Made by a program: the position numbers and the translations under genes. Below the pieces are notes generated by a model. It was not told the DNA's origin. It searched no databases and saw only the letters and a list, made by a program, of their open reading frames with translations. Positions 46,666-57,800 of a DNA stretch of 64,000 nucleotides are shown piece after piece; position 1 is the stretch's first letter; each line of letters opens with the position of its first letter. The stretch is from Minutocellus sp. GHC0000111. Its lineage: Eukaryota. The stretch lies in NCBI GenBank assembly GCA_977018835.1, contig OZ361258.1:2294001-2358000 (forward strand), in the 5' to 3' direction.

Positions 46666-49616
46666 TCAAGCCGCAACCTTTTCCTTCTCCACGGCAGCCT
46701 CCCTTGCCTTCTTTTCCATCTCTTCGTAGAATTCATCTGTTATTTCGCAAGGCTTGAACAAATATTTGGCGGCAGGACCAAAGTCGTGTTGCTCCATTGG
46801 ATCATTCCCGCTGCCGTCATCGAGCAGGGTAATACATTTTCCTTTCACGCTGTACACCAGTGGTAGGCCATTTGGTAGATGGAGTTGATTCATTGCTTCG
46901 ACTGGGATGTCGCACAGATGCATCAAAATACCTCTGATCGCATTCTCATGGCTCGTAATGAGGACTCTCTTCCCCTTGTTCACTGCTTCGTTGCAAATTC
47001 GGTCCGTGTAGAAGGGGATGGACCTTGCCATGCAATCCTTTAGCGACTCTGTCTTCGGGAACTTGCGATGAATCTGCAGCTTGCGCGATTCGATACTACG
47101 GACAATCGTTTCGGACCAAGAAACGCGCAAGTCCTTAACATACTTTGTCCTTTTCAGGTCATTGCCCGGATAGCTAAACGAATACGACGAAGTGGGCGGC
47201 GGACGGATTGTAAAGCCCCGACGCCACTTCTTGAGCTGCTCTTCACCATATTCATTTGCTACCATTGCCTTACTTTTGCCAGTTAGCGCGCCGTACATTC
47301 TCTCGTTCAATCTCCACGACTTGACCTAGTGTTTTAGTATGTTTGAGTATAAGGGCAGAGATGCATGGGTGAATACATAAATGTTTCTGATGAAAATATG
47401 TTTGAGTATAAGGGTAGACATACATGTAATGAATGCATAAATGTTTCTGATGAAAAGGTAATTTCACAACATTGTCGTTCTTGAAGAAAAATAAGTGCCC
47501 TACTCACCATTGGCAGCCAAAGCATGTCGAGCTCGTCCATTACATACCACGCCGTCTGGATGGCCCTTGTTAGCCAGCTGGTATATACGACATCGAACTC
47601 AAACCCGTGACGTCTGAGCAACCTTCCAGCGTTCTTGGCATCCTCGACTCCATCGTCTGCCAGCGGTGGATCTTCCCAACCTGATAAAGTAAACAGCACG
47701 ATATTTTTACATGAAAATAAATATTGAAATGAGAAGTGAGATATCCATATTTTTGTACCATGTACCAACGTATGTACCTTTCACCGAAACCTTTTCAATA
47801 TCTTTTACGTACCAGTGAACAAGCCAAGATTATTGTGCGGAGTACGACCATGACGGATTAGAACGACGACAGCGTCCTCCTGCTTGTTTGAGTCGGCGTC
47901 ATCTGGAAGTGGAACGACAGTCAACGGAATGGGTTCCTGGGCTCCATCGGACGATGCAAAGAACTCAAACTCCTCAAATTCGCACGGATCGTCTTCCCAC
48001 CTTTCATAATGCTGACTGCTAGTAGAAGGTAACGCCTTCTCTCCATTCATCAGCTTCAGGTTGCCATCAGTTCCGTTGAATTCTTCGGCACCATCATCAC
48101 TGTCGGAATCTGCCTCATCTACCATGGCTTCCACGGTGAGTTCATTTCTGAGCTTCAATAGAGAGTTCTCCAATGTCGTTACTCTCCTCGCGCCCGTGTC
48201 AACGTCCGATGTGTCAAATCCGGGTACTAATTTGGCCCAATCCTCTTGACGCTTCAGAGCCTTTTTGAGCAGACCCGGCTTTTCCAGAAAGGTTCCAGAT
48301 GCATGGACTTGGGTGAGACTGTCTTCTCCGGGCTTGATGGGGTTCATCTCTTTGTCAAAACGATAAACAAATGGAACTCCATTTGGCATGGAAACGTCTT
48401 GAATGTCGTCATCGTTGATTCGATCAATCTGCTTGATTAGTCCACGAAGTGTATTTGTGTGTCCCACGACCAATACATTTGAGCCATTCTCAATGTCCTT
48501 CCTGATCTTGTACTCCCAAAGAGGTCGAGCCCTTTCCTGGCAATCCAAAAGTGATTCTGTGAGAGGAATATCATCAACATCAATGTCCGCATATCTAGGA
48601 TCGTTCCCGGGGTAATACGGATCCGTCTTCTTCATAGGAGGTGGCCTGGCCTTAAGTGAGTTGCGCCAAGCCTGGACAACATCGGCTCCCAATTCCTTGG
48701 CAGTTTCTTTTTTCGATAAACCAGTCAAAGCTCCATAACTACGTTCATTGAGACGCCATGACTTGTAGACGGGCAGGTACTGGCTGTCCATCTCTGCCAG
48801 TACCGTCCATGCCGATCGAACAGCTCTCTTCAATCTCGATGTGTAGACAACATCTGGGCTGTATCCCTGGGCAAGCAAGAGTCGAGCCGCATGCTCACAC
48901 TCCTGGTATCCTGCATCCGTAAGATCTGGATCGGCCCAACCTGTAAACGTCTGGTTAGCATTCCAGGTTGATTCGCCACATCGAAGTAAGATGAGCGCCC
49001 CCGGTTTTTTCTTGGCCTTCTTTGGCAGAATCTTCTTCGTAAGTTTGATGGGTGCCAGGAGCACTTTCTGCCACATGGGCCTCTCGTCGATGACGGCATA
49101 TGCTTTCGACTCGGATTGGATCCGTTTGCGCTCCTAAAGGTGTGGGATCGGGAGGCATGCGACGTATCGTTTGCGCATGTGTTGTAAGAAGATCATGCCA
49201 TTGAATTCCATCAGTTTTCGAATCCCATCGCATCCATTGGTCGGGTCGAATTTGAGTACCAGATAAGGATGTTGTAAGGAACAAACATGTCAAGGATTCA
49301 TTGAGATTTATGGCCGGGGGCCGGGTATGATGACATGGCTGCATGAGATTTCATGGTACATTTCGCTACTCACCTCCCGCGGACTCATGCATCGAGCATA
49401 TTCCTCAAAGTCTTCCACCTCGATCTCTTCATTATTAGAGACAGAGAGTGAAGAAGACTGGCGACCAGTGATGATAGATTGAGCACTGGAGGTTGATGGC
49501 AGACGCAAGGCAGGAGAAGGCACATGAAAAGATACTGCTACTTGACATGTAATCAGCAGGCAGCACGCCGCCACTACCACCAGCCTGTTGCCATAGGGCA
49601 TCGGCGAATGAATCAT
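46666..49616 (-). CDS. tandem two-domain cofactor-dependent phosphoglycerate mutase, probably plastid-targeted
   Basis: Two dPGM domains (FTGW.D..L, WRLNER.YGALTG, TESL.DC, H.N..RG); presequence AVS-FHVP; several GT-AG introns. Confidence 0.92.
47338..47456. repeat. two ~59-bp tandem copies inside an intron
   Basis: TATGTTTGAGTATAAGGG...ATAAATGTTTCTGATGAAAA occurs twice. Confidence 0.85.
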
Positions 49617-50143
49617 GGTCTGTGGAGTTGGCAGGTGGCGGTGAGATAGGAGCGAACGGGCGTTACGATAGCGTGGTCCGCCGGTTCACTTGATATGCCG
49701 GCGGAAGGGCGTGTTCTTCGCTCCGCTGCTGCAGCGCTTGCTGGCTGCGCCTTTTGAACCGCGCTTCAAAACTCTATGTAATCCCTATAGGGAATAGTAA
49801 TCCTTAAAGCAAAGAGGCGGGGAAGGAAAGAAAAAGAAAAAAAGGGCGCATGATGAAAAGGGCGGAGATGAACGACGCGCGGTCACACGCCGACACGGAT
49901 GACACGGAACGGTCGAACGGACGGCCGACAACAACGATGAGAAACGACCACTGGCCGCGCGGCAAACGAGGCCTGAATGAGATATGATCGAGTTCTCGCC
50001 TGCCCAACCAACGTCGTCTCAACCATCAACAGCATCTCTTGCAAATAAATGAATCCTCGCAGGGAAACCAATGTGACTGGGGATGTTGACATGAGCTCCA
50101 GGAAATCATACGGCACGAGTTAGGGAGTGTTGCTGCCGAGCTG

Positions 50144-51556
50144 ATGGGATCGGGCGTTGATGCTGGTGTTACCAACAATCCCCTGCATGTATTCAATGCC
50201 GTTCCGGTCAGTGCGGTCATTGATAGGCTGGAGAAATCGAACCAAGCTATTACGCAATCCATAATTGAAAGGCTGAGGATGAAACTTCCACTGCAGGATC
50301 AAAGTGAGGGAACGTCAGCGACTGCGGCGGCAGCAGACGATGAAGACTGTAGCGCAACTGCGGCTGTAAAATGCGAGCAAGAAGACATTTGCAACAACAA
50401 CAAAGATGACGATAATGATGGTGCTCTTATCTCTGCTTCTGCTGCGTGTGCCGCAACCGATGCAACACAATCTGCAAGCACAACATCCTCTGCAGACACG
50501 TGCAACAGATCTGGTGCGAGTGCGAGCTCGGGCAGCTCAATCGGAAATGAGCGAAAAAGAAAAAATCGAGATCGTGATGTAGAAACGCACGAACATGATG
50601 CAGAATTATGGAAAGTCCTCAATGCTCTGCCGCCAGAAGAACGGGAGAAACAGCGCAAGTACCTGTCACTATCCCTGTCAAGAGAGGTGAAAAGCCTTGA
50701 GTGCCACAACCGACCTGGGCTTCACGGAGTCGGGGTCGATCAAGAAACAGATATCACATTCAGAATGGGCAGACCTCGAAACACTAGATCCGGCTGCCAA
50801 GGCGTCATTGAGCGCTGGTGGGATGAAGCTTGCAATCTCGGTACTAGCCAGCCGATTCTTTTCACAAGGAAGCCGAACAAATTCCCATCACAATTCATTA
50901 GCGATGTGGACCAAATGAAAGAAGAAATTATTGACTTTTCGAGGCAAAGGACCAGGAAGATGAGAATCATCAAAGGATTGGAAAAGGTGATGCAGGGATA
51001 CTTCAAAGGGCACATTCCAAACGATGTTGCAACTCGAACAGGATTCCTACCTGGTAATCTCCAGGTGAAGAAAGCAGATCAAAAAGGAATTATTTTCTAC
51101 AATACTGAGGCTGGCCAATGCGTCACGCATTGGGACCGCGATACATCACTCTTGATACTGTTGGCTGGCAGAAAGACGGTTATGATCGCCCCTCCTGGCC
51201 CCACTACATGTAAATTTGCTTCCACTGAAAGTAACTCATCGCTGTATGATGATATCGATCCTTTCGTCAAAGGAAAGGAAGGAGATTGGTCATGGAAAAG
51301 TGTAGACATGAAACCGAACGATGCCTTGCTAATCCCCAAAGAATACTTACATGCAGTTCAAAGTGAAAAGGATACTGTGGCAATATCTCTGCAAGTAGAG
51401 ACATACAATGATCCCAAGCGCTACCGGCACAGAGAAAAGGAGCTAAAAGAAGAAGAAAAACAATTGGAAGAAGCACTCCGCCTCTCTCGAGAAGATGCGG
51501 ACAAAAAAAAAGTACCGGTAATAAGCGCTTGGTGCCCTTCCGTCGTACACACGTAG
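50144..51556 (+). CDS. JmjC/cupin-like oxygenase domain protein with C-terminal ubiquitin-interacting motif
   Basis: HWD...LL.G.K.V and DALLIP..YLHAV.S (HxD...H triad); EEEKQLEEALRLS. Confidence 0.75.
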   Translation: MGSGVDAGVTNNPLHVFNAVPVSAVIDRLEKSNQAITQSIIERLRMKLPLQDQSEGTSATAAAADDEDCSATAAVKCEQEDICNNNKDDDNDGALISASAACAATDATQSASTTSSADTCNRSGASASSGSSIGNERKRKNRDRDVETHEHDAELWKVLNALPPEEREKQRKYLSLSLSREVKSLECHNRPGLHGVGVDQETDITFRMGRPRNTRSGCQGVIERWWDEACNLGTSQPILFTRKPNKFPSQFISDVDQMKEEIIDFSRQRTRKMRIIKGLEKVMQGYFKGHIPNDVATRTGFLPGNLQVKKADQKGIIFYNTEAGQCVTHWDRDTSLLILLAGRKTVMIAPPGPTTCKFASTESNSSLYDDIDPFVKGKEGDWSWKSVDMKPNDALLIPKEYLHAVQSEKDTVAISLQVETYNDPKRYRHREKELKEEEKQLEEALRLSREDADKKKVPVISAWCPSVVHT

Positions 51557-51873
51557 ACGTAGACCTACATGTAGATCTAGATCTAGACTCTACATATGTA
51601 GATAGAGACTGAATGCGAATGTGCCTGAATCGCTATATGCACCGCGCATGTAGCTATGCATGTACCGGTACATGTACCGGTAGATCTAGCTAGCTACCGG
51701 TAGATTGATGCTGAACGGCGCCTCTTTGAACAGGGCCTGCCCATCATGCCGCCGCTTTCACAGCCTGCGAGCCTGCCGGCCAGCACACAGAAACACCCGG
51801 ATGAATGCTCCATTCAATTGATTGACTGTTGATGTCGCCCCGGCCGACCGGCCGAAAGCATTTTTCAACCACC

Positions 51874-54800
51874 ATGGCCAAGGTGAAGGAGAGCAAGAAG
51901 GTCGGTGCCGGTGGTGCCAGCGGCGGCGACCAAGCAGCAGCTGCTTCTTCGTCGTCAGCAGCAGCCTCTACCAATGACGCCGCTGCGTCGGAATTCAAGA
52001 TACCACGCAGGAAGAAACGGCCAGCGCCAACCACCCCAAACACAAACAACGACGAACCAACTGCGAAAGCCGAGCCCGAGAAACTGAAAGCTCCCGGGGG
52101 TCCTGCTGCTAGTACTCGCACCTCGGCCTCTGGGCCCTCCCGGAAGCGAAGTCGGATCACATCACCCCACGGCACCTCTCGAAATAGCAAAGACGGAGGG
52201 AATAACAACAAGGCAGCCAATTCAAAACAATCGGGAAAAGCCGCTGGGAAACGAGCAAAGAAGCAGAGCAGTCCTGGTAGCCGTCCTGGCACCGATCGGG
52301 GCAATGCGCATCCAGCAAAGAAGGGCGTCACTGGCAAGAGGAAAGCCGCTGCAAAGACTAAAAATGCTGCCACCGGTAGCCGAAACGAAGGCAGTGATGG
52401 CGGTGTCCTCCTGGGACATCGCATCCTCAAGCCATTCCCACACGTGCGGAGGGTGAAGCGCGGCAAAAAGTACGTCGAGGAGGACTGCGAGGCTCTGTTC
52501 CTCGGGACGGTCGTTAAGTACCACCGACCTGCTGATACCGATGCTGAAAGTGGTGGTGGTGGTGCTGCTGCTGCTGGCGAAAGCAGAGGTAGAGGCAGGC
52601 CTGCCAAAGTGCTGGTGGCCAAGCGCATTGCCGCCGACGGAACTAGGACGGACAAGGATATGGTCTACCGCGACGACAAGGGACCGCTCGACGTGGGGCT
52701 GTACCGTGTTCAGTTCGACGATGGGGATGTTTCCGATCTGGAGCCTACCGAGATCTATGCCGGGGCGGTGCTGTATCAAAAGGAACGGGCCAGGCGACTT
52801 GCCGCTGCCGGCAGTGGCGGTGAATTGACCATCATTGTGGGGTGCTGTGCCGTCGTTGCGCCTCATCATGTGCACCAACCATCAGAAGAGAGCGGTGTCA
52901 AATCCCTCCTTAACTTCGCCAACCCGCCCATGGACTATGGCACTGCATCCGGCAGGCGGATTGTGGCAGCGCTGGACGAGGAGATGCAGGCCTATTGGGA
53001 GGCGTACGAGAGCTTCCATCGCGAGGAGGGGATCAAGCGGCCGGAATTGCTCAGCACGAGAGCGAAGAAAAAGCTCAAATCGGTGGGATGGGGTTGGGGC
53101 GAGGGTGGCGGTGACGACGATGACAATGATGATGGTGTTGCTGCCAGTTCCAGTATTGGTATGATGGCAAACGATGACAACGTCGACGTCGACGCCGCAG
53201 AAGGACCTGTACCATCGTCTTCAAATATCGGCGAAGATAGTGAAGAGGGTAATGTCTCCAAAGGTGTTGCTGATACTGGTACCAATGATACTCATCATGA
53301 ATCGGACCATGTCAAAGAGGAAGAAGATGATTCGGTTGGTGGTGGTAGTGACAGTCACAGCAATGCCCGTGCGGAGGAGCGCGTCATGTCTCAAGACCTG
53401 CTGCCGAAGGAGCTTCGGGAGGAGGATCATGCGGTTGTGATTGTGGAGGGACCGCGCAAGCGGAAGAAGACGGCGGCATATAGCGACACCACGCCAGAGG
53501 ACCCTGCGTGCTGGAATTCATTGGTCAGAGCTCACGAAAATAGCGACGACGGTGGTGCTAGTGATGGTAGCGGCAATGGCGGTGGCGGCCGTCGTCGACC
53601 AGCCCCGCTTTCCATTGCCAAGATGCATCAATTGTCGAAGGTCGTTGTTGGATGTCGAATAAGCATCCTTTGGCCTGCCGACAACGAGTACTACCCTGGC
53701 AAAGTGACAGGGCGTGATCCTGAATCCAACCGAATATTCAGAGTCATGTACGATGATGGAGAATGCGAGACACTGGACTTGGGGAAAGAGCAATTCCGTA
53801 TCCTGAAGGAAAATAAGAGGTCAAAAGATAAACGGAAAATGCCTATAACATCTGACCATGGGGAGGAGGATTCCGATGGCGGTGGGAATGGTGCCAATGA
53901 TGATATTGTATGCCCGTTCTGCACCAAAGCATTCAAAAAGACAAGTGGTCTGTCGTCGCATCTCAACACATGCAACGTGAAGATAGAGATGGAAGCAGAC
54001 ATCGAGGATACTGTTGCCGCTGGTTCTGATGATGACAGCAACAAGAAAGATGATGCCCGACTGTTGGGTTCCAAAGGAGAAGGTTGTGATAAGGAGACGG
54101 AGAAAAAAAAAAAAAAAGACAAGAAGTAAGCCGAGGAAGCCGGAAAGGAGGAGAATGGTATCCGCGAACAAAATTACTCCCCATGCCATCATTCAAGACG
54201 GTAAGCTCATGGCAATGCGAGCATCCATGCCTCGAAAGCGAAAACAGACCAAGCCCTACACCGATGACAGTCCAGTAGATGAGGCTTGTGCGGAGGCTCT
54301 GATTAGGCATCACCATTCCAGCGATGAAGATTCCGACTCAAGTAGTGATGGTGGAAACGAGAGTGGCAATAGCAGGAAGAGTGACTCCGAGATAGAAGTG
54401 TCCCGGACCCGACGGAGTGGGGGGGTCAAGGGGGCAACGATAGGAAAGAAGAGTCTTCCGAGCGAATCAAATCGCGACAGTGGGAGCGATGCTAGCGATT
54501 ATGATGGTGGTGGCGGCGGCGGCGGCGATGGGGAGGAGCAAACGAAATTGCATTCCCATGCCAGCGTCATCCCCAGCGATGATAGTCTTCGACGTTCAAT
54601 GAAAGAGCTCATGTTTGTAGTCGACCTCAACACGATTACTTCTCGACAATTTATATCAAAGTTGTCCGAATTCCTGGGGGGTATTGATTTGTCCTCCAAA
54701 AAGGCCTTCATCAAGGAAACTTTGACGAACATGGTGATCGACATGGACGTCGGAGGTGTCAAGAGCGCAGCCGCCGCGTCAAAGGATGATTCTATCAAGA

Positions 54801-57800
54801 CGCAGCAACGAGGTCGAAAAGTTCCTCCTAGTTTGGGTAAGCAACCGCGGTTTCGGCGTGACGGATCAAATGGTGGTGATGGTGCTGCTAGTAGTTGCGG
54901 CGACGAGACTAGTACCAGCGTCCAAGGAGACCGTGGTGGTGAAGAGAATTCAACCGTCGCTGTCGGGGGGGCATCTTCTGTGGCGGAGCCGCGACAGCGT
55001 GATGTAAAGTGGTTGTCGGTGCGATACTTCAGCGAATCTGGAGAGACAGATTCGGACGAGGATGTGAAAGGTGAGAGCGGCAACGATTCTGGGCAATTGC
55101 AATTATCAGCCAATGATGTGGATGCTGGCAATGGTACTGCTTCTTATGATTCAGGGGATAACAATGATATCATCGAGGAGAAGAAGGAGGAAACAGATTC
55201 TACCAGGATCACAGAGAAAGATGTGGCTTCTGGCTCGGATGGTGAAGAAGAGAGTGGCCTTCAAGATTGCGTCGATGCAAATGCTGCCGAAAGCGCAACA
55301 GAGCCCGGACCCCCCAGCCAATCTGAACAGATTGATGATAACGACAAGGAGGGAATGTCGATGCGAACGAGTGCAAAATCTAATGCAAGAGACAGACCGT
55401 CCAGGGAACATCCTGATACCGCCGCCAATGATGCCGCCGATGCAACCGCAGCAAATCTAGTACAGAATGAAGTCAAGGGTGTCGTCGAGAGCAAAGATTA
55501 TCACTCTAAGCTGCCAGCGGAAGATGAGTCGACCACGAAGAAGCTACAGGCTACAACCTGTCCTGGTGCTTCACCCGAAGGACAGATCGATAGTAAGACT
55601 GGCGGTGACGAAAAGGACAGAAATGAAAGCATTCTTGCTGCCGAGTCTCCTACCGGCACTGGAGCGCTTGGTGATGGTGTCGGGTCTACAGCAGAAGAGT
55701 GTCTGGCTAGTCCTTCAAACCCCCCTACTGCATCACTTGAAAATAGTTCCAAGTCTGCATCAGCACGTTCGAATACTCAGGTAGGGCAAGTAAACGCGGA
55801 ATCTACTGCAACCACGGCTATGCCCGAGGAGGAGAAGAAGAAACCTGTTGCTGAGTCAGCTGACACCCCCCAAGCTGATACCAACACCAAGACAAGGGGG
55901 CACCTGACGCATCCACTGAGGCACAATGTCAAGCCAGTTTTGGGGCCGACGGTACACTATCTCCGACAAGAGAATCTGCGGAATCGGCCTGTGATACCGA
56001 GAAGAAAGCCGATTCTTCCGAGACTGAAGCCGGAGATGATAATGGCAAAGCGCGGACCAGCTCTGATTCTCTGCCCAAAGTGGTTCCTCCGCCTGAGCTC
56101 ACAGTATTGTCTACCGGAGGGGAGCCTTTATCGCAAGAATTGTCATCAGAAGGTGCTTCGACGATTGGCATCGATACTACTACGGCCGACAAGGCTCTTG
56201 GCGCATCAAAGTCCAGAAAGGACAGTGTTGGGGAGCAGAATGAAGCTGCTGGACAACAAATGGAACAGATATTACCTTCAGCAAGGCAACCTTCAAAGGA
56301 CAATCAAGAATTGAAGGGCAGATCCATAGGTACTAGTACTTCCGAATCGCCTGCAGTTGATAGCTTTGTTGGTGCCAGTGGTCTCCCAAGCAGTCCGCAT
56401 GAGAATGAATCAGAGCAAGCGACTACTGGTATTCTTCGAAGGATGAATGCCGAGGAAAATCCAAAGTGGCGGAAAGGTCCAACTTCGACAGCGTCGCTTG
56501 CTGCAGAGGACAAGGTCGATGGTGAGGAAGAGGCAAGGCGAAACAGCGACGTTGAATCGACACAGGAAGAATCCACCGCCCAAATGGCAGGTAAAGTTGC
56601 TTCTGCTGCCGCGTCGCCGGGCAGGAAATCAGCAGCAAATGTCGACGAGGATTCTTCGCGACTAGTATCGAATGTTGATACTGATAGCATTCCACGAGGA
56701 AGCAACATAGATGGAGGTGGTCAGAAAGAAGAAGCAGAAATGCATCGGATGTCTACTAGTACAGCACAAACCAGCGTCGAGCAGGCTCAAGATGACGATG
56801 GAGCTATTGCCAAAGTCACCAATCTTCCAACTGACCCCGACTTCTTCGAGAGGGAGACACCGCCTATTGAGGCCCCGACATCGGGTCAGGACAGAGCCAT
56901 CGGGGAGGTGAAATTGAGCGATGATGTTTCTTCTCCGATGATCCAAAGACCTACCATTCACCCTATGGGTCCTGTGTCAGCGATCCCGACTTCTCAGAAT
57001 GGCGCTAGCAAATGCACACGCGAGGAGGATAGTCAAAAGGAAGATACCGTTGGTACCGGCGGGGCAGAGAAGAATGAAGGCAAGAGCAACGCTGCCCCCG
57101 GTTTGGATACTGATCTCAAACAATGCACACGCGAGGAGGATAGTCAAAAGGAAGATACCGTTGGTACCGGCGGGGCAGAGAAGAATGAAGGCAAGAGCAA
57201 CGCTGCTCCCGGTTTGGATACTGATCTCAAACAATCATTGTCGCAGTTGGATGATCTTCTTGCCTTCGACGACGGCGATGAAGACGAAGAAGAGGAGGAG
57301 GAAGAGGAGGAGAGCAAGGTAGATGCTTCAGTTACTTTCGATGGGGATGAGACGCCAAAACGTTCTGGCAGCTCTCCGACATTTAGCACCCACGACACCA
57401 GTGAGGAGAAAGGGGAAATGCCGCTACAACCCGCGATGGGAGTGTCCACTCATGACAAGAGAGAAGCCAGTGAATCTGACATCCGGAATGCCGAGAGGGC
57501 GGCAGAAGATGCCATCAACCACCGCCTCGATTCTCCACGAGGTCAATCGATAAAGCGAGGCCGACCAAACGGATCATTGGGTACTTCTGATAGGCCCAAC
57601 CCTCTCGCGAAACGCTGTCTGAGCGAAGAATTGAGCGTCGAAGGTGATGAAGGAGAGTCCCAGCGGAGGAAGGGTCGTGTGTCGGCAGGTGGTGCCAAAG
57701 AGAAAAAGAAATATCCATCGGTACCGAAACGTCGGGTTGACGACGATTCGTCATCGGGAGAGGAAGAAGTGCTCGATGAAGGCGCGGCGGCTGTTATGGA

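Noticed and set aside
49810..51728. Transposon carrying the JmjC gene (CAAAGAGGCG/CGCCTCTTTG)
   Set aside because: A 10-bp inverted match without TSD is plausible by chance.
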